64,000 bases of DNA from IMG/VR virus record IMGVR_UViG_3300044821_000131, positions 124,001 through 188,000 of that record. The stretch is one strand, 5' to 3'. The translations under genes were made by a program, and so were the position numbers. Every line of letters starts with the position of its first letter. Within the stretch, counting starts at the first letter, position 1. The notes under the pieces are model-generated. The model was not told where the DNA came from, made no database searches, and was given only the letters and a program-made list of their open reading frames with translations. Shown here piece after piece: positions 28,968 through 41,300 of the stretch.

Positions 28968-30952
28968 GCAATTTACTCAGCGACTATTTTCCGAATCTGG
29001 ACCAACTATCTTTGACCCAGATCCAAACGATTCGCCAACGCATTGTCGATACCTTGGCATCCGCGTGGCCCCAGTTGGACACCAGGCCTAACTCGGTCGT
29101 CGGCGACCTGCTCGTGACTCCGAAGGCAATAGTCGACGCACAGTCGGAAGCGGCAATGGCCATGTTGTTATCCGATCTGGATATGAGCAACGTGGCGAAA
29201 GGTATAGTCTATAACTCAGATTTCGTGACGGCATTCTTGGCCAATTTCGGTGTGACTCCTCTAAATTCGGTTCCGTCATCCGGGGTGATTGCCCTGACCT
29301 TCAGCACGAACAAAAATTATGTGCTGGATCCGAACGCGCAGATCACCCTCGGATCAAACGTGTTTCAGCTGGATCCAAGCGCTGGAAACCCGGTAGTGAT
29401 CTATAGCAACGATAGTTCGAATACTCAAAATGGAGCTAATCCTTGGGTGCTCACTCAAACTGATGTAAATCAGTATGTGGTATATCTGCCGGTGATTGGT
29501 CCTTCAGGGGCTTCGGTGGGTAACGGGGACGTGGCCACCTATACTTTGACGCAGCCTGAACTTATAAGCATCAGCGCCGCGGGCGATTTCGATTCAGGTT
29601 CGGTAGCGGAGACATTACCGCAAATGGCTGTCCGTGCACAACAGACATTTGCGGCAGCCAGTCTAAATAATCGTAGCGGGGCCATTACGTTTCTGAACCA
29701 GCGGTGGCCGCAGATGCTCGGCAGCGCAGTTACGCTCACTGGCGATCCGGAGATGCTGCGCGCGGGCGTCAATCCGTTGGGCATATCGGACGGGGCGATG
29801 GACGTGTTCGTCAAGTCGCAATCCCAATATGTGTCCGGATCATCGGTCATACAGTTGACCTATGACGCCACCAATGGCGGATGGGTAGGTTCTTTGAATC
29901 TGCCAGTTACTGCCGCGTTCTATTCACCGGCTCAAGGCATATTTCAGACCAGCAATTTTCAAAACTCGAAGAGCCTGAACGTGGTGTATTCCGAATCGAA
30001 GCATCCCAGCGTGGACAGTGTTAGCGTGGCCTTTTCCAAATACGAGAAGCTGGGAATCTTTATCGTTGACACCAGTCCTCAGAACTTTCAACCGTCATCG
30101 GTAAGTGCGATCAATGAAATCGCCGGCACCGGAGTCGAGTTACAGGTAATCGGAGAATATGCCAGTTATTACTTTAACGGAGGTACTTCGCGCTCAGTTA
30201 CACTTCGGCTGGAGTCACAGACGACTTTGAACGGTGCTCCGGCGATAAGCGCGAGTGTGATCGACAGTCTGACTGGAGATACTGGAACGGTATACTTCGT
30301 AGCTAACAGTTCGGTGAATCCAACCGGTGGAACGATTGTTACTGGAACCTACGACTACGATCGACTTCTGCGCGGGCTGCAACTGACGGCGGTATCTCCG
30401 GCGGAGACCTTCAATATTGGTGATTATTTGGGTTCGACTTTCGTTTTCAGTTATACCGGACGCAGCGCTAGTTTTAACGTGAACTATCTGTACGATCCGT
30501 CATTGATTCAAGTCGACAGTGTGCTACAAGATCCAGACAATCATCCGATCGGAGTTGATGTGATTGTGCGGTCTTTCATGCCGTGTTACATTTCGAAGAT
30601 GGTGGTCAATTATCGCATCGGTTATGGCAACACATTGGATGTAGCCACCGCGCAGGCAAACATATTTAACTATATCAATTCGATCGTGCCACCGAATCTT
30701 TATGAAGAGTCGGTTATAGGCCAGATTATGCTGTCGGCTGGAGCCTTGGGTCTGACCAGCGTTTCCATCAATGGCATATACTATCCAAGTCTGGCTAGTA
30801 ATTTCGTGGACAAGTCTGGGAACATAAGTGCTGTAGCGAAATTTCCGACGACCACGTTGCAGGTTCCTGCCAACGACTTGGGTGTAAGTGCAAACAATGT
30901 GACGTATATAATCAATCAAGCTACTATCCAGTTCAATGCCACCGTTGTTTAA
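28964..30952 (+). CDS. baseplate J/gp6-like wedge protein
   Basis: LDTRPNSVVGDLLV, GSVAETLPQMAVRA, GAMDVFVKS patterns; follows the gp25-like gene. Confidence 0.65.
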   Translation: MSNLLSDYFPNLDQLSLTQIQTIRQRIVDTLASAWPQLDTRPNSVVGDLLVTPKAIVDAQSEAAMAMLLSDLDMSNVAKGIVYNSDFVTAFLANFGVTPLNSVPSSGVIALTFSTNKNYVLDPNAQITLGSNVFQLDPSAGNPVVIYSNDSSNTQNGANPWVLTQTDVNQYVVYLPVIGPSGASVGNGDVATYTLTQPELISISAAGDFDSGSVAETLPQMAVRAQQTFAAASLNNRSGAITFLNQRWPQMLGSAVTLTGDPEMLRAGVNPLGISDGAMDVFVKSQSQYVSGSSVIQLTYDATNGGWVGSLNLPVTAAFYSPAQGIFQTSNFQNSKSLNVVYSESKHPSVDSVSVAFSKYEKLGIFIVDTSPQNFQPSSVSAINEIAGTGVELQVIGEYASYYFNGGTSRSVTLRLESQTTLNGAPAISASVIDSLTGDTGTVYFVANSSVNPTGGTIVTGTYDYDRLLRGLQLTAVSPAETFNIGDYLGSTFVFSYTGRSASFNVNYLYDPSLIQVDSVLQDPDNHPIGVDVIVRSFMPCYISKMVVNYRIGYGNTLDVATAQANIFNYINSIVPPNLYEESVIGQIMLSAGALGLTSVSINGIYYPSLASNFVDKSGNISAVAKFPTTTLQVPANDLGVSANNVTYIINQATIQFNATVV

Positions 30953-32663
30953 CATTGATGCCAACTTCTATGGAGAGTTGACGCCTTATCTTGGATCATT
31001 CTGGACGTCCAAGTTCGGACAGCCTGTCCAGGTCAACATCTTGTTGAATCTGGCGCAACTTACTAACCAGAACGGGGCTTTCAGATCTGCCGTGGCGAAT
31101 TTAAACGGAGATCTTGAAACCGCCAAACTGGAGAAGTTCGCAGTTATACCATTCGACCCCGACTCCGTGTCAAAGTCCGGGCAGCTGATCTACGATGACC
31201 CGGACTATGCCAAGTTCTACGAAGCAGGCCAGACCGACATCGAGGCTTACAATGACGACAGTGTACAGTATTTTGTACTGCCGGTTACCACGCATATACC
31301 GAAGGTGTTGCAGACTCCGCAGATTAAATTGTTTCTCGGAATTGATTTTTTTGCGGTAAAGGAAAGATGGTTGTTTTTCCGTCAGGATCCGCGTCTTTTA
31401 TTTCCGGAATCGCAGCTTACGGCTCCGTTGGCTGAGCGTGTGAAATTCAAGCCGATTAATACTTTCCTGCTGCGAGCTGACGTGCGCGAGAATAATCAGT
31501 ATCTCACCCAGTATTACCGGGGTAAACAAACACCTGGTGCTTTTAAATTGGCACTGGCCGCCGTAGCTGGTTTAAAGATCATTCATTACGATCAGAAGCT
31601 CTTGAGTGTGCGAGACTATCTCGGGACCAAAGTTTACACCTTCGAGCAAGAAACGATTCGCGTTGAATACGAGCACACGGAACTAATCGTTGGCCAGGTC
31701 TATTCTGCAGACCAGATCATCGGCGATGGTTTGCAGATCTATTACGATCAGGGCACCGGTGATGCCTGGTGGAAACAGATAGATTGGGGTGCGGGTATTT
31801 CGTTGGATCCGATCCTTAGATCGTTCTCGGGACTGCCATTACTAAATCAGGACACAATCGCTTACGGTGCAGGTAGCGACCTCGGATCAGTGAATGGTAG
31901 CAAGTTGCACGCTCGCATCAAATTGTCCGACGACTTCTACGGAGAAAAGGTATATTGGGATTGGGTCGCAGCACGTGAAACCAATAGTGGTTATTACGTC
32001 AACGGCCTCATTGGGTTGCCGGACGAACCATCAGCGTTTGTACCCCAACAATTTGGACGGAATTACCCGTCCCTGCCGTCACTTGCTGTTACCATTGAGG
32101 ATTGGCTTAACATCACGATCGTTCCGAGCACCGATCTGGACTACGGATTAATCACTGACACGATCACAGAATTCGATGATTACGGTCCACTGGTGGCAAC
32201 CGCTTTGCCCGGTACGAGCACCATACCTATATTCGAGAGCATATCGAACACTTTTGAATTGCTGTTGGCGCAATATGCAGAAGCCAATGCCCTGAATCAG
32301 CAACTGGGGTGGCCTATCGAAGCACCAGACTTACAATCGTTGCCTGATCGACGGATCGTGAACGCGTTGGACTTCTTTTTCCAAGCCGTGTTGCAGAAGA
32401 CCGGCATGGTGATCGTCGTGGATCGGAGTCAGATAAAGAATTTGGCCTTCTTTTACCGGTTCATGCAGCGGGAGATGCTGGCCGGGGTGGTGCCGGTTAT
32501 CCTGAGTCACGGTGACGATTTGGAGATTGAATCTATGGCCGTAGGCACTACAATGATCGTCGACGACCGCGCTGTAAACATAATGCCATCCACTCCGATT
32601 TCGCTGCTGGAGGCCGTGGATTTGACCGCGATTATGACCGATTCGGTTACACTAAATGTATGA
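30936..32663 (+). CDS. putative baseplate wedge protein
   Basis: 575 aa after the J-like gene; call based on gene order. Confidence 0.4.
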   Translation: MPPLFNIDANFYGELTPYLGSFWTSKFGQPVQVNILLNLAQLTNQNGAFRSAVANLNGDLETAKLEKFAVIPFDPDSVSKSGQLIYDDPDYAKFYEAGQTDIEAYNDDSVQYFVLPVTTHIPKVLQTPQIKLFLGIDFFAVKERWLFFRQDPRLLFPESQLTAPLAERVKFKPINTFLLRADVRENNQYLTQYYRGKQTPGAFKLALAAVAGLKIIHYDQKLLSVRDYLGTKVYTFEQETIRVEYEHTELIVGQVYSADQIIGDGLQIYYDQGTGDAWWKQIDWGAGISLDPILRSFSGLPLLNQDTIAYGAGSDLGSVNGSKLHARIKLSDDFYGEKVYWDWVAARETNSGYYVNGLIGLPDEPSAFVPQQFGRNYPSLPSLAVTIEDWLNITIVPSTDLDYGLITDTITEFDDYGPLVATALPGTSTIPIFESISNTFELLLAQYAEANALNQQLGWPIEAPDLQSLPDRRIVNALDFFFQAVLQKTGMVIVVDRSQIKNLAFFYRFMQREMLAGVVPVILSHGDDLEIESMAVGTTMIVDDRAVNIMPSTPISLLEAVDLTAIMTDSVTLNV

Positions 32664-33244
32664 ACAACAACTTTAAGTTTTGGAACGAAGTTCGTATCCG
32701 CGGGCACAACCGTGACGGAACGCCGCGGGAGCAAATCGTTCATAACACGTTAACCTACGCGGCCGCAGATATAATGATCGCGGCGCTGTTGAGGTCTGGA
32801 CCGTCACAAGTGTCGTATCTGTATGCCCAACATGGTGGCTCAACGAACACGGCGCCGATCACACTGCCGAATCCGATGCAGACGGCTACAATAACCAGCT
32901 TTACCCGAACCATAGGGGGTTACGACAACGGAGGGCTATGGATACCCATTCTGGCAGCGCCGGCTGTCGATACGACCGATGCACTTCTGTACGCTGGAAA
33001 CTTGGCCACCTATTTCTTCCGCATCCCAGGCACATTGGCGTCCAATCAGTTTACAGGCAACTTCGTGGCCGGTACTAGCCTGATCTATTCGCTGGGCTTG
33101 GCCGTAGCGAAGAATGCCAATGACCGTTCAACGGACGTAGTCATTTCCGCGCTCGGCAACGGCGCGTTCACACCTTTCGTTATCTCGCCCACGGGTCAGG
33201 AAGCGATCGACTATCCGCTGCAGATCACGATTCCATCTTCTTAA
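32660..33244 (+). CDS. putative tail-fibre attachment/baseplate protein
   Basis: 194 aa; HNTLTYAA N-terminal pattern; position in operon. Confidence 0.4.
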   Translation: MNNNFKFWNEVRIRGHNRDGTPREQIVHNTLTYAAADIMIAALLRSGPSQVSYLYAQHGGSTNTAPITLPNPMQTATITSFTRTIGGYDNGGLWIPILAAPAVDTTDALLYAGNLATYFFRIPGTLASNQFTGNFVAGTSLIYSLGLAVAKNANDRSTDVVISALGNGAFTPFVISPTGQEAIDYPLQITIPSS

Positions 33245-33246
33245 AT

Positions 33247-36200
33247 ATGATACAAGATCTTAGCAAAATAAGACATGTACAGCCGAACGATCCAGTCGAT
33301 GCTGGTGTAACGTCTCAGCCAACCCGGGCGATTGAGTTGCGGCTTCAAGAGTTGGAAGCGCTTGTTTATGGCACAGGCGCGGCCAATCTCAATAATCAGT
33401 TGATCCTGTACAACATGCCGATCAATACCCAATCGCCGAATCAGGTGGGCTTGTACAACACCGTGTTCTACAATCCGAACACGAATCAATATGAGCTGGC
33501 GATTGCCGACGTGACCTTGGTTGCCGGTACATTCACGAATAACCCTTCAGCATTGGCCGTTGGTGTGGTCATTGCCATTAATGGAGGCATGGCTAACATT
33601 TTGATCGGTGGCGCCAATTCTTGGGGTGTGGGCGGGGCCAGAACCGACATGCTGAACGCGCTGATCGTGGAAGGTGCCTCCGGGTATACGCCCGGGGTGG
33701 TGTATTATTTGAGTGCTACGGTCCCTGGCAAGGTGACTCAGTATCCTCCGTCGCTGAAGATTCAAGTACTGGTGGATTCCAATAACAATTTCATCGTCGC
33801 GCCTATCTACGCCACGCCTGACGCGATTCAAAACATTTATTCATTGCCGGTAGGTATGCGACCGGTCGGTTCTGTGCGTACGATCCCGCCGGATCAAGAT
33901 CAATCTATCGTCGTAGGATTCGATGCGCTGGAGCAGTACGACTCAGTGAACAATTTATGGCGCCTGTCTTCCGAAGGAACTGTGGCCGCAATCTCGAACT
34001 TTGGCTATATGGTGGCCGATGCTCGTGTGACCACTGAACCCGCGAATCCAATCTATGTTCGCATCCAAGTGGACGGATCTGGACATCTCAATATCTTCAG
34101 TGCCAACAAATTAGCTGACCTGTATGATGGAGGACCAAACGTATTCAATCAGTTCAAAGGTGTATCGGCGCTGTTGGCTCTATCGTCAGGAAATCAAGGC
34201 ACGGTTCGTTATTATACAGTGGTAGACAATACCAATGTCACACTCGGAACCTTGGCTTTCAAGTTCACCTCGGCCGACATCAGTCTGGTCCGGCACGTGA
34301 TCTTTAAATTTCCGGATCATTTTCAAGGCTGGAAGATGGTCAATGCTCCGATTCCTCCTACCGCCGCCGCCGTCATAAACTCTTCCGGCGTGATCACGAA
34401 CATAAACGTAACCGAAGGAAGTGTCGGATACACCACGCCGCCTACGGTGGTTATTGTTGATGGTTCTGGTCCTGGGTTTGGCGCTACGGCGACCGCGGTG
34501 CTCAACGAGTTTGGAATGATTACCTCGATCACCGTCAACAACGGTGGTTCTGGTTATATCGCGCCGGTTGTGTCTTTCGATTCAAGACTGACAAACGTTC
34601 AGGTGTTAAATGGTGGCAGCGGAGCTACTGCGACGGCCACCGTGATTGGTGGCAGCATAACCAGTGTTACTGTGACCAATGGGGGATCCGGCTACTATGC
34701 CAATCCAACTGTAAGCATTGTCGATCCGTTGGGTGTTGGATTGGGAGCGCAACTCGCTACTGAAGTTTTGAACGGGGCGGTTATCAGTGTCGCGGTCATC
34801 AATGGCGGCTCCGGTTACAATACGTCGCCGCTACCGATCTTGAAGTTGAACAACCCATTCAACAGCAACTACGATCCCGGTATAAACTATGCGGCACCGC
34901 TGTTGAAGTTGGTGGGACAGACGCCGACCACGAATCCCGTACTGGCGCCAAGTTTTTCAGCGGCTGGCATCGTGCGGGTCGATGTGTTGAGCTCGGGAAT
35001 CGGTTATAGTCCGCTCACAACGATTACGATTACTCCGAATTTGAATGGCGCCGTCGTGCATCCAGTCGTGGATTCGGATGGACGAATCATTCGGGTGGAT
35101 GTCCTAAATGCTGGATCGAACTTTTCTGCCACACCCACATTGACGATTGTCAATTATTCCGGGTTCAATGGTAACGGTGCGAGCCTGCAGGCAGTCTTGG
35201 GGTCTTCGTTGCAGAGCGTGGTAATTTCAAACGCTGGCAAAGGTTTGACTGATCCCGCTGCCGTGTTGCTCGGCACTCCGGTACGCGCTATCGAAATCGA
35301 GGCCAGCGGCAGTGGCTACGTGTCGGCGCCGGCCGTTACAATAGATCCGCCGGACACCGCTGGCATTCCTGTGGCAAGTGGTGGCGTTCAGGCGACGGCT
35401 GTGGCGCTCATGGGTGGAACCATTGCCCGGGTGGAGATCACCAATGCCGGCACCGGCTATTCTCAAACGTCACCGCCGGCTATAACTCTGACCGGCACTG
35501 GTGGTACTGGTGCCGCGTTATCATTGTCGGTTGGTGCAGATGGCACTATCTGGGCAGTCGAGGTCTTGAATCCTGGTTCAGGCTACACGGCATTGTCAGC
35601 TACCATCGCGGCACCGATAAGCGGCACGACGGCCACGGTTAACATCTATTTGGAAGGTGCTGGATCAGTTATTGGGTTCACCATCACGAATCCAGGAAAT
35701 GGATACGTTGGGTTGCCCAACGTGGTCATCGCAGCATCGCCGACCCTCGATAATGCTCTGGCGTCGTCCAAGCTGGTTGGTGGTACGGCACAGTTTCAGG
35801 TAACGATGAGTGGCGCGGGTGGAACACGAATTCCGCAGACGTTGACTTTGTCACAGGGTAACAATTTGCAGATATGGGATTACAACGATGATTTTCCGGA
35901 TATCGTTCGTCCTCTCAATGCCTGTTGGTACTACAACATGAACGCAGATCCAAATCTGAAAGCGCTCTACCCGGCCGTACCGATCGACAAAGTTTCGTTC
36001 TTGCTGAATGGCGTGGAACAGAACGTGACTACGTTTAATGAATCTACCCAACTGTTGAGTAATCCGGACGCTGACTTTGCGGTGAGCCGTCGCACATTAT
36101 TGTGGACCACATTCGACACCGACGGATGCCCTTGGGATGCGTCTGTCCAACAGTATGCGAATGACACCGGTGCCTTGGGTCGTGACTGTCAAATACCATT

Positions 36201-36858
36201 GACCGGCCCGGTTGGTCTGAACATTATTTTCTGGAATCTGTGGGACCAGATGTTCAAGTACGAGCCGCAGAGGAATCAGGCTTGGATCGATTTGAACAAA
36301 GCCAGTCGCTTCTATCAGACTGGGCGTGTCGAGAGCTTGGCGGCCCTGTCACCTCTGGTCCTGATCGATACGGTGACTGGTAATTTATCCTCCAACGACG
36401 GTACGCCGATGACAGGACAGTTACTGATCACACTCGATTCGGCGGCGAACTTAACAGGCAAACCAAGCGTTCAAATTAATCTAACGAATCCCGGGGAGAT
36501 TCAACCGATCTACACAAACAATACCGGTCGGCTGGTAGCGATCAGTTCGATTGTCTTGGTCATTGTTTTTCAGAACAATTCTGCGGGTTCTGGAGTTCCG
36601 GATGCTTCGTATTGTGCGAACATCACGATCGGCACCCAAGCCGGCAATTATCGGGACATTGTGGGATCATCGACGGCTGACGTTTATCCTACGCGGCTAT
36701 TTGCCGTGAACCAGGTCAAGGAGGTATTTCCTGACCCAGATCAGCCGGCGCCGTTGATTCAGCCGCATCAGTCGGTATATATTCAGGTTGTTCAGCCTGC
36801 TGGATCTCCGATTACGACGCAACTGGCCGTGGCAAGAATCAAAGGTGCGGTACTTTGA
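33247..36858 (+). CDS. large virion structural/fibre protein with about 12 GxGY modules
   Basis: 1203 aa; YYLSATVPGKVT motif; repeated V(T/L)N.GSGY...P modules. Confidence 0.65.
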   Translation: MIQDLSKIRHVQPNDPVDAGVTSQPTRAIELRLQELEALVYGTGAANLNNQLILYNMPINTQSPNQVGLYNTVFYNPNTNQYELAIADVTLVAGTFTNNPSALAVGVVIAINGGMANILIGGANSWGVGGARTDMLNALIVEGASGYTPGVVYYLSATVPGKVTQYPPSLKIQVLVDSNNNFIVAPIYATPDAIQNIYSLPVGMRPVGSVRTIPPDQDQSIVVGFDALEQYDSVNNLWRLSSEGTVAAISNFGYMVADARVTTEPANPIYVRIQVDGSGHLNIFSANKLADLYDGGPNVFNQFKGVSALLALSSGNQGTVRYYTVVDNTNVTLGTLAFKFTSADISLVRHVIFKFPDHFQGWKMVNAPIPPTAAAVINSSGVITNINVTEGSVGYTTPPTVVIVDGSGPGFGATATAVLNEFGMITSITVNNGGSGYIAPVVSFDSRLTNVQVLNGGSGATATATVIGGSITSVTVTNGGSGYYANPTVSIVDPLGVGLGAQLATEVLNGAVISVAVINGGSGYNTSPLPILKLNNPFNSNYDPGINYAAPLLKLVGQTPTTNPVLAPSFSAAGIVRVDVLSSGIGYSPLTTITITPNLNGAVVHPVVDSDGRIIRVDVLNAGSNFSATPTLTIVNYSGFNGNGASLQAVLGSSLQSVVISNAGKGLTDPAAVLLGTPVRAIEIEASGSGYVSAPAVTIDPPDTAGIPVASGGVQATAVALMGGTIARVEITNAGTGYSQTSPPAITLTGTGGTGAALSLSVGADGTIWAVEVLNPGSGYTALSATIAAPISGTTATVNIYLEGAGSVIGFTITNPGNGYVGLPNVVIAASPTLDNALASSKLVGGTAQFQVTMSGAGGTRIPQTLTLSQGNNLQIWDYNDDFPDIVRPLNACWYYNMNADPNLKALYPAVPIDKVSFLLNGVEQNVTTFNESTQLLSNPDADFAVSRRTLLWTTFDTDGCPWDASVQQYANDTGALGRDCQIPLTGPVGLNIIFWNLWDQMFKYEPQRNQAWIDLNKASRFYQTGRVESLAALSPLVLIDTVTGNLSSNDGTPMTGQLLITLDSAANLTGKPSVQINLTNPGEIQPIYTNNTGRLVAISSIVLVIVFQNNSAGSGVPDASYCANITIGTQAGNYRDIVGSSTADVYPTRLFAVNQVKEVFPDPDQPAPLIQPHQSVYIQVVQPAGSPITTQLAVARIKGAVL

Positions 36859-36860
36859 CC

Positions 36861-37739
36861 ATGCAAGCACAAGTACAATTGACCAGGTTTCAGGCTGATC
36901 CGGGCGCGCTGCCAGGTCAACGTCAGGGCTATCCGATCACCATACAGGCGTCGGGTACGAATATACCGTCGGAGATTTTTGTGTATCGCGTCGGAAAGCT
37001 TGGCGACGCGTTTCCAGGGGATCAGTTCTCTTGTGTTGCCTCTGTGGTTCAACTGGATGAGATACCAGCTATCAAGGCTGTGACACTCACCCGGGAAGTT
37101 CAGATACCGTTCTATCGTACGTCGCAAATGGAGCTTATCTGTCGCACGGCGGCGGAAGCCGATCAAGTGTGGAACATTGTGCAAGAGGATGTGGCCGCGC
37201 TGGTGGCCAATTATGAATTGGCTTACTGTCTCAAAGGGAACGTGACAGCGACGATTTCCAACGGTACGATAAGCACCAGCACAAATGATATGACACCGCC
37301 CACACGCATTCAACTTGAATACCAACCTGCCGGCACCGCCACCTACGTCAGCAGCGTGCAAGGTATTACGTCTCCCGATATCTCGTTGCCTGGATGGTTA
37401 CCCGTGTCTCAGGCTTTCTCGGGCTGGTCCGTGCCTCCCGGAGCTCTTTTCTTTTACAACATAGCACAGGACGCAAATCTGCAATCCATATGGCCACTTC
37501 CGCAACCATATTCAGGACAGGAGCTTTACCGAAATGGTGTTTTGCTTCCGTATGGCATCGTGTACGTTATCGATCAGAACACGATCTGGTGGTTGAATTT
37601 CGATCCCACGACCATACCGAATTATGCGCGGATCGCGGGTCAGGTCGCAGACGGAAATGCACCTTGGCCGACGGATTATGTCAGTCCGGCGAGTCCGGGT
37701 GCTGTGTCATCGCAGATCATTCTGATGGCTTTCGCATGA
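36861..37739 (+). CDS. putative virion structural protein
   Basis: ATG at 36861; C-terminal half resembles the C-terminal part of the preceding protein (FFYNIAQDANLQSIWP vs WYYNMNADPNLKALYP; NGV..; PW). Confidence 0.55.
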   Translation: MQAQVQLTRFQADPGALPGQRQGYPITIQASGTNIPSEIFVYRVGKLGDAFPGDQFSCVASVVQLDEIPAIKAVTLTREVQIPFYRTSQMELICRTAAEADQVWNIVQEDVAALVANYELAYCLKGNVTATISNGTISTSTNDMTPPTRIQLEYQPAGTATYVSSVQGITSPDISLPGWLPVSQAFSGWSVPPGALFFYNIAQDANLQSIWPLPQPYSGQELYRNGVLLPYGIVYVIDQNTIWWLNFDPTTIPNYARIAGQVADGNAPWPTDYVSPASPGAVSSQIILMAFA

Positions 37740-38386
37740 GATACGCAATTCCAGGTTTTCAGACGCCGGATCATCCCAAGCATGACACTCGGGTATTCGC
37801 GAAGGCTGACGGCACGGTACATTTCATGTTCATGGATGATCGTCCGCTGGATGAAAAATTGCCGCCGTTTTTGATTTTCATCAGCATCGAACATGGACGG
37901 GAAATTGAATTGCAGGCGTTCACACAATCCACACGTTTCGTATATCAAAGAAAACACGAGGACCGAGCCAGCAAGTCTTACTGGTTTAAACTTCGCACTG
38001 ATGAGTTGATAATTCTTCCGGGTACCTATCAAGTTCGGTTTGTAGTAAAAGGTGACGAGTGGGTGAAAAAGTCATTGACCGTACGCAATCACCCGGCGTT
38101 GCCTCGCAACCCAAAACCCGGAGTAGGTGTCGGCCATCGCATGGTGTTAAGTTTCGGTGACCCGAAAGTGGTGGTAGTTCAAGGTGACATGCGGCATCAA
38201 GCTGACAACCTGCCGAAGCCTAACAATTTTGCCTACAACATGGGTACTACCTATTTCGGTAGTCCGCCTCCGAATGACTATCAGACGGGCAGTGTGGGTG
38301 ACGCCTATATTCAGATTATTGGAAATGAGTTTATAGCCGAGTGGATAAAGGTTTCAGGTTATGACACAAATACAGGCTGGGAGTAA
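37736..38386 (+). CDS. hypothetical protein
   Basis: ATGA overlap with the upstream gene; C-terminal [24 protein letters not shown] seen in fibre-type proteins. Confidence 0.55.
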   Translation: MRYAIPGFQTPDHPKHDTRVFAKADGTVHFMFMDDRPLDEKLPPFLIFISIEHGREIELQAFTQSTRFVYQRKHEDRASKSYWFKLRTDELIILPGTYQVRFVVKGDEWVKKSLTVRNHPALPRNPKPGVGVGHRMVLSFGDPKVVVVQGDMRHQADNLPKPNNFAYNMGTTYFGSPPPNDYQTGSVGDAYIQIIGNEFIAEWIKVSGYDTNTGWE

Positions 38387-41300
38387 TGCCGCACATCTAT
38401 CCATCTTCAGAATGGTTTGCAGACCAGTTGCAGTTGCAGACAACCGCTTCCGGCGTTAAACGTGTTTTAGATGTACAGGATGGAGAGCCTGGCCCGACTG
38501 GACCAACCGGTCCTACTGGTCCTGCTGGCGGCCCGACAGGTCCAACTGGTGCCGATTCTACAGTGCCAGGTCCCACGGGACCGACTGGTCCAACTGGATC
38601 TACCGGTCCCACTGGACCGACAGGACCTACAGGACCAACTGGTGCAGCATCTACCGTTGCTGGGCCAACTGGACCTACAGGGGCGCATGGGACAATTAAA
38701 TTTTATGTTACACTTGACCCGGCGTATACTTCAACCGGTCATGCTGGAACAAGCATAGATCAATTTTCGTATGAGGATTTTATAGCATCGGCAAACGCTA
38801 CTGAAAATAATACTTATTTGCTTGCCGGAGAGCGGACCTTAACTGATGCAGATGCTCAGTTCGTTATTAATCCATTTTCTCATATAATTACTGCACAGTA
38901 TCCTTCGACTCCGTGGAGATTAAATTTAACGATATCAACATACAATCCCATAACGGATAGTCCTCTTGAACAGGGGATTATTTTTGCTCCTACTGTGTTG
39001 GTGGGGGTTTTTGCTTTAACTGAAATGTATTTGAGCGCCTTTATTTGTATATTGTGCGACAACATTGACAAGTCAGTAATAATATCCCCGAACATAAATT
39101 TTCAGCCGGGATCACTGTCTTCGTTTTTTCAGTTAGCTGTAACTAATTCAATTATTTCCAGTTCTACCGGCTCTCCGCCTAATGCCTCTTATGGAGGTAT
39201 AACGGCTTCAAATAGTATATTTACTGCGGCCTTTGCTGCTATGTCCGGTCTGATTGATGGCGGGCAAAATACATTCAGTTGGAATGACTCTTCGGTAACT
39301 TATCCCCTTTGGAATGATGGAATTTTAGCTCATTATAATTTATACAGACGCTACGGGGTTGGGTATGTTGGAAGTTGGGCCTGCATAATAGATTCTGGTG
39401 GCGTTGGTCCAACTGGACCTACCGGCCCTACGGGACCGACTGGCGCTTCAGGAGCAGCTTCAACAGTCGCTGGTCCGACTGGACCTACGGGTCCTACAGG
39501 CGCTTCAGGAGCAGCAAGTACGGTTGCTGGCCCTACCGGTCCAACAGGTCCTACAGGCGCATCTGGAGCGGCTAGTACCGTGGCCGGACCGACTGGTCCC
39601 ACCGGACCTACAGGAGCAAGTGGTGCTGCCTCTACTGTTGCTGGACCAACCGGCCCTACGGGACCAACAGGGGCCAGTGGTGCTACTGGCCCGGGATACA
39701 AAGCGACATCGACGTCGTCTCTGGCTGTCGCTACCGGATCTAAGACATTTGTTTCGCAAACTGGGTTAGCGTATTCGGCTGGAGACCGGATGCGCGCTAC
39801 AAGTAGTGGTACGCCTGCCAGTTATATGGAGGGATTGATCTCGTCATATATTACCGGTAGTTTTGTGACGACGGTTGACACGATTGGGGCGACGGGTACG
39901 TTTGCAGATTGGAATATAAATTTATCGGGCAATGTAGGATTGACCGGACCAACCGGCCCAACTGGTCCCACCGGCGTATCCGGCGCAGCGAGTACTGTAG
40001 CGGGACCTACGGGTCCGACTGGGCCGACAGGAGCTACAGGAGCAGCCTCGACTGTAGCAGGCCCTACCGGGCCGACAGGCCCAACAGGTGCGTCAGGAGC
40101 AGCGAGTACTGTGGCGGGTCCGACAGGCCCAACTGGGCCCACAGGTGCGTCAGGAGCAGCCTCGACTGTAGCAGGCCCAACTGGACCTACGGGTCCGACA
40201 GGGGCCAGTGGTGTTGCTTCCACAGTGGCTGGCCCTACCGGGCCGACAGGCCCAACAGGGGCGAGTGGGGCTGCCTCTACGGTCGCGGGTCCGACAGGTC
40301 CGACTGGACCGACAGGAGCAAGTGGAGCCGCGTCAACAGTGGCTGGACCAACTGGTCCTACCGGACCTACCGGTGCGGGTTATAAAGCCACGTCAACATC
40401 GTCACTCGCGGTCGCGACCGGATCCAAGACGTTTGCCTCGCAGACTAACCTTGCATATTCGGCCGGCGATCGGATGCGTGCTACAAGCAGCGGCACACCC
40501 ACCAGCTATATGGAAGGGGTGATCTCATCGTATGGTTCGGGAAATTTTGTGACGACGGTTGACACGATTGGAGCGACCGGTACGTTTGCAGATTGGAATA
40601 TAAATCTGGCTGGTAACGTCGGTTTTACTGGACCAACAGGCCCAACTGGACCAACAGGGGCCAGTGGCGCCGCCTCGACTGTAGCAGGTCCGACTGGACC
40701 TACGGGTCCGACAGGCGCATCCGGTGCAGCAAGCACTGTAGCAGGCCCTACCGGTCCGACAGGCCCAACGGGCGCTTCAGGAGCAGCTTCAACAGTCGCT
40801 GGTCCGACTGGACCTACGGGTCCTACAGGCGCTTCAGGAGCAGCAAGTACGGTTGCTGGCCCTACCGGTCCAACAGGTCCTACAGGGGCCAGTGGTGCTG
40901 CAAGTACCGTGGCTGGTCCAACTGGACCTACGGGTCCGACCGGGGCTAGCGGAGCAACCGGGCCGGGTTATAAAGCCACATCAACTTCGTCGTTAGCAGT
41001 CGCAACCGGGTCCAAGACATTTGCTTCGCAGACGAACCTTGCATATTCAGCTGGAGATCGGATGCGTGCTACAAGTAGCGGCACACCCGCCAGCTATATG
41101 GAAGGGGTGATCTCGTCATACATTACAGGCAGTTTTGTAACGACGGTAGACACGATTGGGGCTACAGGCACGTTTGCAGATTGGAATATAAATTTAGCGG
41201 GCAATGTAGGATTAACCGGACCTACAGGTCCGACTGGACCGACTGGTCCCACCGGCGTATCCGGCGCAGCGAGTACTGTAGCGGGACCTACGGGTCCGAC

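Noticed and set aside
11996-33244. Bacterial contractile injection system (eCIS, T6SS or tailocin)
   Set aside because: Capsid, protease, terminase, ligase and early-gene arrays indicate a true phage
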